From Octopus bimaculoides (taxonomy: Eukaryota), in assembly GCF_001194135.2 (NCBI RefSeq), contig NC_068989.1, forward strand, positions 85,335,539-85,399,538: DNA of 64,000 bases. Reading direction: 5' to 3'. The notes below the pieces were generated by a model that saw only the letters and a program-made list of their open reading frames with translations, searched no databases and was not told where the DNA came from. Positions 1 to 12,510 of this stretch are shown piece after piece (the first letter of the stretch is position 1; each line of letters starts with the position of its first letter). The position numbers and the translations under genes were made by a program.

Positions 1-399
1 TTTAAATGTGTTTCCTCGCAAAATTTTGACATTTCCCCTGACTAAATTTCCATTTACTTGAATGTACTTATTACTTTGGACCTCAACGCCTAATGGAACC
101 GTAGAGCTCCGTCGTGATATATGGCGTGTCTAGGGCAGTTTTCTTTTTTAACTTGTGGGAGCTCATGTCTCTTCACAGTTAATTTCTCTCAGAAAGAAAG
201 GGAAGAAGAGACAGACAGGACGAAACAAGAGTAGAATGGATTTATTTATTGACTTGGGAAGAATGAATGGTAAAGTTGCCTCGCTAGGATTTGAACTTAG
301 AACGTAAACAAGGTAATCTATCAGACGCTATAACGATAGCGAATTCGTTACTTTTACCACCAACACAATAGAGGGAAAATATCAACGACATTGTAATTC

Positions 400-470
400 A
401 AACAAATCTCGCAGAATAACAGTAATTAACGAGATTCTCGTCTGTTGTACGAGATTTGTGTCAGTCGCTC
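400..470 (+). promoter_or_regulatory. Candidate RBM45 core promoter
   Basis: CpG-enriched stretch upstream of the ATG, with TCTCGCAGA (407-415, similar to the TCTCGCGAGA housekeeping motif) and Inr-like TCAGTC (461-466). Motif resemblance only. Confidence 0.3.
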
Positions 471-636
471 TTGACTTCATTACAGACGAAAGAAGCTTCA
501 TTGATCAACGCACTTTTACATTAACTGTCCTATATTTGTCTATCTAATACATTATTATACACGCACACACTGCTGTATATATTATACACCCATATTTATA
601 TATAACTACCCTATTACATTATACACAAAGCAGCAG

Positions 637-787
637 ATGGCTAACCACCGCTACCCACCAAACAGCCGCCTCTTTATAATCGCCGGTAAAGGAATCTCTA
701 AAGATGAATATCACAAATGTTTTAGTAAATTCGGTTCCATTCAGGATATTTGGATCGTTAAAGACCGGCAAACGAACGAGGAAAAAG
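637..787 (+). CDS. RBM45: RBM45 coding exon 1 (start of RRM1)
   Basis: ATG at 637 gives MANHRYPPNSRLFIIAGKGISKDEYHKCFSKFGSIQDIWIVKDRQTNEEK(G), matching the RBM45 N-terminus I recall (PPNSRIFLV...FGDIQDIWVVRDK). Donor G|gtgcgt at 787/788, phase 1. Confidence 0.92.
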
Positions 788-2300
788 GTGCGTTGATGTC
801 TTATAATCTCTCTTCTATATTTAAATTTCATATTTTCATCATGATTGTTGTATATATTATTATTATTCATTACACTTTAAGCTATTTGATCATAAAACTC
901 ATATGTTTTTATAGTTAATTTCTTTCTAACAACCCTTTCTTTAAATTATTATGATTCTCAATTAAATTATTATGACTCTCTAAAGGCGGTGCTCCAGCAT
1001 TGCCGCAGTCAAATGACTGAAAAAAGTAAAAGAGTAATTCCAGTTAACTATTCTTGTCTATAAAGGATTTCGCTATAATCATTTCTAATCAGCTTTTTAA
1101 TTCTCTGCATGAAATGTGACTAACACTTGATCGGTTATTATTGTAAATAAGACGAATCAAGATGTCACTGTTGCGTGGATGGCACGAAACACCTCAACAT
1201 AAAAACACCAGTGAACTACTGAGATCGATTTTAACCGCCTGTGTATTATTATTTCCCAAAATATCCGGTTTGTGTCGTACATTTATGACATAAATAACAT
1301 AATATTTCTATCTTTTTGGTTATAGTTATATCATTTTACGCATTTGGTTCAAATTCTTCCAGGGTCGATAAAATAAAACCCCAGTGGTTGTTTAGCCTCG
1401 TGTTATCTCATCTCTGAATGAGCAGACTATGATCAAAGGTGTGTTCCATCCCCGTGACCATCCTGTCTTTTTTGGCGATATCTCGTGTTATATTGTCCAG
1501 TTTGCATAATTTCTTTTTAACGCATATATCGAAAACTCTCTCGAGCGACCACGTACAGGCTCTTGCGTCCCAGTGATGTACTGAGGTGGTAGGGTTGCAA
1601 TAAATACTATAAACTTGACCAATGTTAAAATAAAACATGGGATATTCCAGAGTTTAAGATCGGAAACGAAATTTTCTAAATGGAAAATAAGTTGATTGAT
1701 TCCTTTACGCATGAAAAAAAATATCCATTAAAAAAAAAATAGTTACAAAGAAACAAAACCTGGTTGGAGGATTGCAGCCCTGAACTGTAATTATATCAAG
1801 CAAAGACGGGATGGGCATGGCTGAAAGTCTTTTAGCCGTTTAGGAAACCAAGACAGCATAAAGTCTGATGTTTAAAACGTTCAAACGTTACGAAATAGCT
1901 ACTGAAAAATAATTTAAAATATTAAATTCTATGAGTTAATATAGGGAGTCGATCTTTATATTAAACATTCTATCGATATATTTGTAGCCTAAACCCTTAA
2001 ATTTTCAGAACTTAAAACTCCCAAGGTATCCTATCTTACTGCCTGTGATCTTTAGAGTCAACGAAGTAGCCTCTATGCGGACTCTTGACCTGCTAGAAAC
2101 ATCAACCAAATCTCATTCAAATCACAGCCTAGCGTCTTTAAAAACAAGTTGGATAATATGGTCCTAGGTTTCTTACAGATAAGGAAAAAAAAACAGGATG
2201 GCCACGCTTGGAATCTCGTTGATTAAAGAGGGCTACACCGTTCAGGATTGAGCCCGGACCGAACTATTATCTGATTTTTGTTTTACACACACACGTCTTA

Positions 2301-2502
2301 GGTGAGTCATAACGTCAATAATAATAATAACACTGGTTCGATTCCACTTCTTTATTGTTAATCAATTGGTTACATTCTCATCCTGCTATCAGCACATCAA
2401 ACAAACAATCGAGTAGTTAGATGGTTGGGCATCTAACCAATTGACTAACAATAAAGAAGTGGAATCGAACCAGTGTTATTATTATTGGCGTTATGACTCA
2501 CC
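2301..2502. mobile_element. MITE-like foldback, arms of about 70 bp
   Basis: 2301-2372 is a near-perfect reverse complement of 2434-2502 (GGTGAGTCATAACG...CGTTATGACTCACC). Confidence 0.75.
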
Positions 2503-2579
2503 CAACACACAACAAAATTTGTTTCAGCTCACGGATTTACTTCAAGAATCCTTCAAACCAAATACATAATCAAAGTACA

Positions 2580-2641
<62 letters not shown>

Positions 2642-2725
2642 TAGATAGATAGCTCTGCCTATATGTATATATGTCATCATATATATATATATATATAGAT
2701 AGATAGATATTTATATATTTATATA

Positions 2726-2764
<39 letters not shown>

Positions 2765-3333
2765 CTCTGTGGTAAGAAGCTTGCTTCCCAACCATATTGT
2801 TCTGGATTCTGTCCTTCTGTGTGGCACCTTGGGCAGTGTCTTCTACTACAGCCTCAGGCCGACCAAAGCCTTGTGAGAGTTAGCCGTTGTAATAACCGTC
2901 TAAGGGATAAGAATATCCGTTCTTACTACCGATATCAATTAAAAATGTTAACCCTGGGCATGGGTATACAGGCACACCCTAGTACCCCTATAAAAAGAGA
3001 TAACTCACAAATTATTTCTTTCGATTATTTGCTAGTTTACTCTTTTACCCATTGACTTCAAGCTTCACACTACAAAATATTATGATTCTAATATATGGAG
3101 CCTTTTGGCTTCTTCTCGAGGCCCTGTTCTTTCCTCTTCCCTGATTTTATTTTATGTATTTGTATTCACTCTGATGAAGATCCATATACCAGATCGAATG
3201 TTCTATAAAGATGGCACCTTGGGCAAGTGTCTTCTGCTATAGCCTCAGACCGACCAAAACCTTGTGAGTGGATTTGGTAGATGGAAACTTAAAGAAGTAT
3301 ATGTGTGTGTGTATGTATATATATATATATATA

Positions 3334-3565
3334 TATTGGGTTGGTGCATAATTATTGTGGCTTTTTCAACAAATTTTATTCAACAAAAATAATAACAACA
3401 TGCAACAAAAACATCTTTAAATGATTATTCTGGAGCATATTCACCATCTACTTCAATTATTGCTTCCCTTCTGCTTAGCAGACGGTCAGACTATCATTTA
3501 AAGATGTTTTTGTTGAATAAAATTTGTTGAAAAAAGCTGCAAAATAATTATGCAACAACCCAATA
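3334..3565. mobile_element. Mariner-derived MITE nested in the (TA)n of a SINE
   Basis: TIRs TATTGGGTTGGTGCATAATTATT / AATAATTATGCAACAACCCAATA. Internal minus-strand remnant reads DRLLSRREAIIEVDGEY, like a transposase C-terminus. Confidence 0.75.
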
Positions 3566-4873
3566 TATATGTATATGTTTGTGTGTCCGTGTTTGTCCCC
3601 CCCCCCCACTGTCGCTTGACAACTGATGTTGGTGTGTTTACATCCCCGTAACTTAGCAGTTTGGTAAAAGAGATCTGATAGAATAAGTATTAGGCTTATA
3701 AAGAATAAGCCCTGGGGTCAATTTGTTCGACTAAAGGCAGTGCTCCAGCATGGCCACAGACAAATGACTGAGATTGATAAAAGAATATGTAGCATCCATT
3801 GAGTGGGGGAAAGTCTTTGACAGAGCAGGAAGCTCTGTGGTCTGGTGATTGCTAAGAATACTATGCAGAGACTTAGGAGAGCTGGACAAGTTGTGTGCAG
3901 ATATGCTGTCAGCAGGGTGAGTGAGAATTCAGTGTGTAGGAGGATATTTATCAAGGCTCAGCTTTCAGTCCCTTCCTGTTTATTGTAGTTCTAGTCCATA
4001 ACCAGAGAAGTTTGGGACCAGCTGTTAACCCACTTTTCATATTGGGAACAGTTAAAGAATTAGTGGAAAATTTTATTTGTGGACTTAGAGCCTAGGTCTA
4101 CAAATAACTGGCTTTTACTGTGACAACTTGTCCAACCTATGCCAGTATCAAAAACAGATAAAATGATGATGGTGGCGATGGAAGTGTTTTATTTTTATTC
4201 AACAAAAATTAAGACTGTAAAAAATGGTTAGGAACTACTGCTCTACAGCATTCTTTCTACTTCTAACTTCCCAGTTGTGGAACTGGAAGTGTAATTAGTA
4301 TATTCATTTGGTGTAGGGAAACTGGTACCAACAAAGTTCATCATCATCATCATCATCATCATCGTTTAACATCTGCTTTCCATGCTGGCATGGGTTGGAT
4401 GATTTGACTGAGGACTGGCAAGCCATAAGGTTGCATCAGGCTCCAGTCCGATATGGCAAAGTTTCTACAGCTGGATGTCCTTCCTAATGCCAACCACTCC
4501 GAGAGTGTAGTGTGTGCTTTTTACGTGTCACTGGCACGAGAGCCAATCAGGTGGCACTGGCAATGACCACGCTTGAATGGTGCTTTTTACGTGCCACTGG
4601 CACAGGTGCCAATCAAGCGGTACTGTCATTGGCCACAACAACAACTTCACTTGCATCAACAGGTGTTCACAAGTGCAATTTATTGCCCAGTGATTGAAGG
4701 GTACTCTTAAATGGGCTGGTTATGCTGCACTGGCATAGGCCATGGTTACGGTCTAAATTAGATACAACACAAATTTGAACTTAGTAACCATATTGTCAGT
4801 GGTCCAACATCTGAACCTGACAGCCATTTGCAAAGTGGTGGTGATGATGATGATAATATTTTATAACTCTGGT

Positions 4874-5095
4874 TACGAGGGGGATGCTGAAAAGTTCCTG
4901 GTTTTAATGGTATTGCGAAAGACCTGGTTGGAAACCCAACCTTCTAAGTTCTTTTACAAAGCTTAGAAAACTTGAAGGACTGCTGCAATGAGTGTGTGAG
5001 TCTGAGAGGAGAATATGTTGGATAGAATCATAATTAACTAATTCTCCAATATTTTCTTTTACCCCAAACCAGGAAATTTTCAGCGGCTCCTCGTA
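4874..5095 (+). mobile_element. Mariner-derived MITE
   Basis: TIRs TACGAGGGGGATGCTGAAAAGTTCCTGG / CCAGGAAATTTTCAGCGGCTCCTCGTA. Internal CNECVSLRGEYVG* resembles a mariner C-terminus. Confidence 0.75.
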
Positions 5096-5960
5096 CATGG
5101 TCACACATTATTTTAGCAGCTTCTTTTTGCCAGCATGGAAGGCAGACGTTAAATGATGGTGATTGTGGTGTAGTTAATTAAACTAACTTCAAAACTTTCC
5201 TGAATATATCATGTTATTGTTGTAAATGTCATTCATCTCCAGAACCCCTGAACTGGAGCCTCACCACTGGATCCTGCTTAATATCATATCCAAGATGTAC
5301 ATGTATATACATACATAAGACATTTACCCAAGGTGCCACTCTGTGGAACTGAACCCAAGACCACATGGTTGGGAGGCAAGCTCCTTAACTACACAACCAT
5401 GCTTGCACCTATCATAATAATGTTTTATAAAGCTATGACATTTAATACGAATCAGTTAAGCCATTTGGTTTTCATAAGAATATGTATAGGATGTGAATTC
5501 TAATGTAAATAAACATATTTATTTTACAATCAGTTTTTTTAATCTGAAAGAAAAACAAACATTTGGGTGTTAACTCCTATGAGAAAAACAGACAACGACC
5601 ACCACCACCATCACTATCAACCATGTAGCCATGTGCAATTCAACTGTATTTACAAAAATCTACCATACATATCTGGTATTTTTCTATATGCCACTCCCAT
5701 AATGCCCTTGCCTGTTGTTTGTCTTTTGTATAGCAAAAACATAAGCAAAGCAAAATAACCAAGTTTCTATCTACAGCAACAATTTTAAACTTTTCAACCA
5801 TTCAGCATCTCAAATACACTGTAAGCACACCCGTGTACCCTCATTGCGTACCCTATATGTCACCACTACAATCATTGCAGGCCACAATCATATACCCTCT
5901 CTAAAATATGCTATAAACCCCACTAATATACTGTCCCTGTAGCACACTGTAATCTAGACT

Positions 5961-6192
5961 TTATTGCAGCGAGCTGGCAGAAACGTTAGCACGCCTGGCA
6001 AAATGCTTAGCGGTATTTCGTCTGCTGCTACGTTCTGAGTTCAAATTCCGCCGAGGTCGACTTTGCCTTTCATCCTTTCGGGGTCGATTAAATGAGTAGC
6101 AGTTATGCACTGGGGTTGATATCGACTTAATCCCTTTGTCTGTCCTTGTTTGTCCCCTCTGTGTTTAGCCCCTTGTGGGTAGTAAAGAAATA
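5961..6192 (+). mobile_element. SINE family B (Nin/Deu-domain-like) with 17-bp TSD; other copies in 7273-9710, 17140-17285, 23830-24030, 34690-34860, 50436-50661
   Basis: TSD acactgtaatctagact at 5944-5960 and 6193-6209. Core gactttgcctttcatcctttcggggtcgat. The copy near 50.5 kb has a TSD gataagcatcttt. Confidence 0.85.
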
Positions 6193-6240
6193 ACACTGTA
6201 ATCTAGACTAATATACCTTCAGTGTGGAATTCTGTGTGAA

Positions 6241-6574
6241 GGCGCATAGCTCAGTGGTTAGAGCGTTGAGCTTACAATCACTAGGTTGTGAGTTCGAATC
6301 CCAGACCGGGCTGCGTGTTGTGTTCTTGAGCAAGACACTTTATTTCACGTTGCTCCAGTTCACTCAGCTGTAGAAATGAGTTGCGACCATCACTGGTGCC
6401 AAGCTGTATCAGCCCCTTTGCCTTTCCCTTAGATAACACTAGTGGCGTGGAGAAGGGAGACCGGTATGCATGGGCCACTGCTGGTCTTCCATAAATAACC
6501 TTGCCCAGACTTGTGCCTCAGAGGGTAACTTTCTAGCTGCAATCCCATGGTCAGTCATGACCGAAGGGGGTCTT
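6241..6574 (+). mobile_element. SINE family D (tRNA-derived head with A/B boxes); related copies at 14795-15146 (-) and 27564-27849 (-)
   Basis: A box TAGCTCAGTGG, B box GAGTTCGAATC, then CORE-like ttgagcaagacactttatttcac. Confidence 0.8.
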
Positions 6575-9500
6575 GGTATTCTGTAAACTGCACTAATGTA
6601 CCTTCTATAAATGTATACAGTGTAGATGTAGGTATGGCTGTGGAGTAAGAAGTTTGCTACCCAACCACATGGCTCCAGGTTCAGCCTCACTGCAAGGCAT
6701 TTTGTGTGTGTCTTAAATTCTGTCTGACCCATGCAGACATAAAAAAGCAGATGTTAAAACGTCGATGATACACTATAAGCCACATTAATTTATGCTCTTT
6801 GTTGTACTCGGTAGATTTATTTAAAGTATGTTCTCTGTAAAATAGATGGATCTTTATTGGTTTCAATAACGAGTATCCATGTAGTTCAGTCAGCTGAACT
6901 CTGTGCTCAATGAATTCTAGTATAAGTGGTTGAGTATTCCACAGGTGACATCATCATCATCATCATCATCGTTTAACATCTGGCATGGGTTGGTTGGTTT
7001 GACAGGATCCAGTGAGATGCAGGGCTGCAGCAGGCTCCACTGCCAGCTTTGGCATGGTTTCTTCTGTTTGACATCCTTCCTAATTCCAACCACTTTACAG
7101 AATGTCTTGAGTGCTTTCTTTTTTTGTGCCACCCACACTAGTAAGGTCACCAAGTAACTTGCAAGAACAAGGAAAGGAAAAGACCCCATCAACTAAGTGG
7201 GGTGGAGGAAGTATTTGAGAGAGGAAAGAGTGGTGGCTTTGTACCAGGTGTTGACAGGGATGAAACAAAATTGAAACGTTAGCACGCCAGGTGAAATGGG
7301 TAGTGGTACTTCATCTGTCTTTACGTTCTGAGTTCAAATTCTGCCAAGGTTAACTTTGCTTCTCATCCTTTCAGGGTTGATAAATTAAGTACCAGTTGTG
7401 TACTGAGGTTGATCTTATTGACTGGCCCCTCACTTCCCCCACAATTTCGGGCCTTGTGCCTAGAATATAAAAGACCGTGATTCGTTTTCAAATTCTGCTG
7501 AGGTCAACTTTGCTTTTCATCCTTTCAGGGTTGGTAAATTAAGTACCAGTTGCATACTGGGTTAATCTAATCAACTGGTCCCCTCCCCAAAATTTTCGGG
7601 CCTTGTGCCTAGAGTAGAAAAGAATATTGAAATTATTTTATATTTAGTTGAATTCACCTGTAATTAGAGTTCCTTTGAAACAAAAATTATGCAATAGATT
7701 TATTTAAACTATTCCAAAAATCACATGAATATGTTGATAAATAAAAAAAGTTAGAGTTGTTTTATGAAAGCAGCCGAAATTTATGATTATGTAAGAATTT
7801 AATTGAAACACATAAGAAATATAACAACAGAATGGTTAAAGTATGATAGAGGGACAAGCAGAGGTGTCTTGCTTTCATGAAGATACCTGGCTGTTCTGCA
7901 TTATATAAAGGTGGGTGGGAGTAACCGGGAAGAAGGTAAAATGGCACTGATGGGGGTGCCAGAGCAAACCCTCGAGGAGCAAAAAAAGGATGCTGATGGT
8001 GGATCAAGAGGGGGTGGAAGGTTATAAGAGTGTGAGGGGAGAATAACAGATGGTTAGAGACGGGGGTCAAAGATGAGTGTAGTGAGGGATGAGTAAGGGA
8101 GGGTGGAGGTGTGTGGCTTGATGAGAAAGATCAATATGGAGCAGGGAATGTAATTACTCAGAATCATTGTGATGTAGTGTGCGACCTTCAAATTACTGGT
8201 ACAATCCTTTTCAGGGGCTTCTACACAGTTTCCATCAATCTAATTTCACTCAAGGCATGGGTCAACCCAACACTGTGGTATATGACACTTACCCAAGATG
8301 CTATGCAATAGGATCAAACCCTGGCCAATTTATGATCCTCTACTGAGATTCTCTCTCTCTCTTTCTCCCCCCCCCCTCTCTCTTCTCTATTTATTCATTA
8401 TCATCATCATATACTTTCAATGCTATTTGTTATTAGAATTGCTTCAAGCTGTTTATGACAGATTTCCTTATTTCTCCACATGTCATCTTGCTATCTCTCT
8501 CTTTCTCTCTATCCCTCTCTCTCTCTCTCTCTCTCTCTCTCAAGAAACTTCATGTCATGTTCCCCATCCATTGCCCTTATGGTATTAGGTTTTCATTATT
8601 GCTATTCTGACAGAAACGGTAGAGCATGCAATGAAATGCCTTGTGGAGTTCAATTACATCCCACAACGCATTGACTTAAATTTCCATTGAATTTGATTTT
8701 TGTTCTTTTAATCTTCCAAGGTCAACCATAAGCCTTTAATCCTGTCTCCTTCTAAAATTTCTGACCTTTTACTGAAATTTGAAACCAATATTATTGAAAT
8801 CATTATCGTCATCATTAATGTTTCAGACAGAGTGCTTAGTAGCATTTCTTCCAGCTATTTACGTTGTGAGTTCAAATATTGCTGAGGTTAACTTTGCCTG
8901 CCATCCTTTTGGAATCGATCAAATAAGTACCACTTGAGTACCAATGTCGATGTAATAGACTAGTCCCCTACACCAAAATTTCAGGTCTTGTGCCTATAGT
9001 AGAAAGCATCAGCATCATCATCATCATCATCATCACTATCATTATTATGAAGTCATTGAAGGTGTCAAGCTGGCAGAATCGTTAGCACACCGGGCGAAAT
9101 GCTTAGAGGTATTTTGTCTGTCTTTACATTCTGAGTTCAAATTCCGCCGAGGTCAACTTTGCTTTTCATCCTTTCGGAGTTGATAAAATAAGTATCAGTT
9201 GAGTACTGGCTTCGATGTAATCGACTAGTCCCCTCCCCACAAAATTTCAGGCCTTGTGCCTGTAGCAGAAAGGATTTTCATGAAGTCATTGAGCTGGTGA
9301 AAATCATTAGTAAATTGAACAGAACGCTAAGCAAGATTTCTTCCAGTTCTTTACATTCTGAGTTCAAATACCTCCAAGGCTGACTTTGTGTTTCATCCTT
9401 TTAGGGTCGATAAAATAAAGTATCAGGGACACTGTCACTGATTCAACCCCAGCTCCTTAAAATTACTGACTTTGTGCCAAAATTTGAAACCATTGATAAG

Positions 9501-9705
9501 ACGGTGAGCTAAATTGTTAGCATGCCAGACAAGATGCTTTGTGGCATTTCATCCGTCTTCACGTTCTTAGTTCAAATACCGCCAAGGTCAGCTTTGCCTT
9601 TCATTCTTCTGGGGGTGATAAAATAAGTACCAGCTCAATATGGAGGTTCATGTAATCGACTAGCCTCCTCCCCATAAAATTTCAGGCCTTGTGCCTATAA
9701 TAGAA

Positions 9706-9759
<54 letters not shown>

Positions 9760-10309
9760 GCCATCAAAGTGACACTGGGGTAAAATATACGAAGCCCAGT
9801 ATACCCATCATGACTATCTGTCTGATAAGTGTACACCAGGCACATGCATCACAACCATATGTGCGTGACATAGTGATCTCATATCAAGATAAACAGCACA
9901 TGACCTTGCAAGGTGGGGCCCTGTTAGAATTTTCTTCAGGTCAAGTAGCCCATCTTGCTCAAAAGGTTCCTGAATAAGGGTTGTTTAAGGATGGTGAACA
10001 AAACACCCATGTTTCCAGAGGTGAATTATCTAAACCCCAAAGAATTCCTCTCAACACATGGCTATGATGCTTCCCCACTACTTCTGCTCATGATCAGAGA
10101 TGCACATATCGTCAGCCACCAAGGGACATGCTCTACCGGTTAAGGTCAAACAAGTGACAAGCAAATCTGTGGTACTGAGCAGAATATTTGCTGTAGCCCA
10201 TCTTTTTATACCAAGACAAAACAATGTACATGATAACACTTCCAATCAATTAAGATCAGAAGCCATAAGAGCCACAAAGCCTGGTATTGCATCAGAACAT
10301 TTATTATTG

Positions 10310-10364
<55 letters not shown>

Positions 10365-12112
10365 AACTTTGTTGTTGTTGTTTCAGAATTGGTAGAGCGT
10401 GGGATGGAATGCTTTCTAGTATTTAGTTACACCCTGTGCAACCCTTTAAGTTTAGTTCCTGTCGAGTTCAACTTGACTTTTTCTACNNNNNNNNNNNNNN
10501 NNNNNNNNNNNNNNNNNNNNNNNNNNNNNNNNNNNNNNNNNNNNNNNNNNNNNNNNNNNNNNNNNNNNNNNNNNNNNNNNNNNNNNNNNNNNNNNNNNNN
10601 NNNNNNNNNNNNNNNNNNNNNNNNNNNNNNNNNNNNNNNNNNNNNNNNNNNNNNNNNNNNNNNNNNNNNNNNNNNNNNNNNNNNNNNNNNNNNNNNNNNN
10701 NNNNNNNNNNNNNNNNNNNNNNNNNNNNNNNNNNNNNNNNNNNNNNNNNNNNNNNNNNNNNNNNNNNNNNNNNNNNNNNNNNNNNNNNNNNNNNNNNNNN
10801 NNNNNNNNNNNNNNNNNNNNNNNNNNNNNNNNNNNNNNNNNNNNNNNNNNNNNNNNNNNNNNNNNNNNNNNNNNNNNNNNNNNNNNNNNNNNNNNNNNNN
10901 NNNNNNNNNNNNNNNNNNNNNNNNNNNNNNNNNNNNNNNNNNNNNNNNNNNNNNNNNNNNNNNNNNNNNNNNNNNNNNNNNNNNNNNNNNNNNNNNNNNN
11001 NNNNNNNNNNNNNNNNNNNNNNNNNNNNNNNNNNNNNNNNNNNNNNNNNNNNNNNNNNNNNNNNNNNNNNNNNNNNNNNNNNNNNNNNNNNNNNNNNNNN
11101 NNNNNNNNNNNNNNNNNNNNNNNNNNNNNNNNNNNNNNNNNNNNNNNNNNNNNNNNNNNNNNNNNNNNNNNNNNNNNNNNNNNATATATATATATATATA
11201 ATAATCAGTGTTTCTTTCCTTACCCTGTAACCACCACTGGAACTAATATCAAAAGCATAACTTCCTGATTAGGTCCATCTGTTTTCTCACTGGAAAACTT
11301 TTTTTCCCCCCAGTTTACTCCTATTTATATAAAACCAAATGACTCCCAATGCAAAACTGTGTTGTTATACAAAACACAAATGCTGCACAGTATTAATACA
11401 ACTCAGCACTTACTGTATAGTGTTGTTATACATTTGGTCTTAGTGAGGCGTGTGGGGGTGAAATTGTTCTGTTGGCTCCAGATTTTGATTGTGTGCCTTA
11501 GTCATTCAGAGTCAGGCTCAAAGGTGAACTCGGAACAAACCAGTTTATGATCTTGGTCTTGACATTGTACATTGTTAAGAACCCAGGTTTACACACATAC
11601 ATACATAGGTTCGTTTTTTTTAATTGTCATCACTCATTGGACTGCAAGCCACCTTGGAGAGTTTAGTCAAATAAATCAACCCCTGTACTAATTCATTTTA
11701 AGTCTAGTACTTATTCCTCTTGGTCTCTTTTGCCAAACTGTCAAGTTACAAAGATGTAAAAAAGACCAACACCAGTTGTGGAGTGAGTAAGGGTTACAGG
11801 CACAAAAGACATGTGTTGGTGATGTGTAAAAGACACCCTTACCAGTGACACATAAAAGGTACCCACTACACTTGCAGTGGTTGGCATTAGGAAGGGCATC
11901 CAGCCATAGAAACCAAACCAGATCAGACTGGAACTGGTGCAGCTCTCCAGCTTACCAGTTCCAATCCATGGAAAACGGATGCTAAACGATGGTGTTGCTG
12001 TTGTTGTTGTTTGTATTCCATGTCTGCAATAATTTTTCCTAGCTTTTTCCCACTATAATCTAGGTTGAGAGGATATCAACGATATCTTGTGTATTGTGGA
12101 TTTTACTTCAAG

Positions 12113-12241
12113 TACAGGGTGTCCACAAGGTCTGGGTACATGGAGTAAATAAAATCATAACATAAACAATTAACTATAAGAAATGATAATTTCTTAAAGT
12201 ATGTGTTAATCCTCATGTACCCAGACTTTATGGACACCCTG
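12113..12241. mobile_element. Short Tc1/mariner-type MITE
   Basis: TIRs CAGGGTGTCCACAAGGTCTGGGTACATG / CATGTACCCAGACTTTATGGACACCCTG, preceded by TA. Confidence 0.75.
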
Positions 12242-12510
12242 GAGAAGGTTAATCCAAGTACTTCATCTTCAGCTAACCATCAATAAAATAATGAGCAGGT
12301 GTGGGTGTGTGGTAAGAAGTTTGCTTCCCAACTGCATGGTTCCAGGTTCAGTCCCACTGTGTGGCACCTTGGCCAAGTGTCTTCTACTATAGCTTCAGGT
12401 CGACCAAAGCCTTGTGAGTGATACTCAGACTAAGTTAACCCAACCTGAGGTAATGTCTCAGTTTTTAAAAATGGCCCAGTGCTAGCGGCACACTCCTTTT
12501 TACGGATTCC

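Noticed and set aside
6241-6310. tRNA gene
   Set aside because: A and B boxes are present, but the acceptor stem does not pair and the sequence continues into a SINE body.
10389-11230. Long ORFs spanning N-runs (also ~15.0-15.9, 18.0, 21.0, 42.3, 46.0 and 47.6 kb)
   Set aside because: They are open only because N codons contain no stops.
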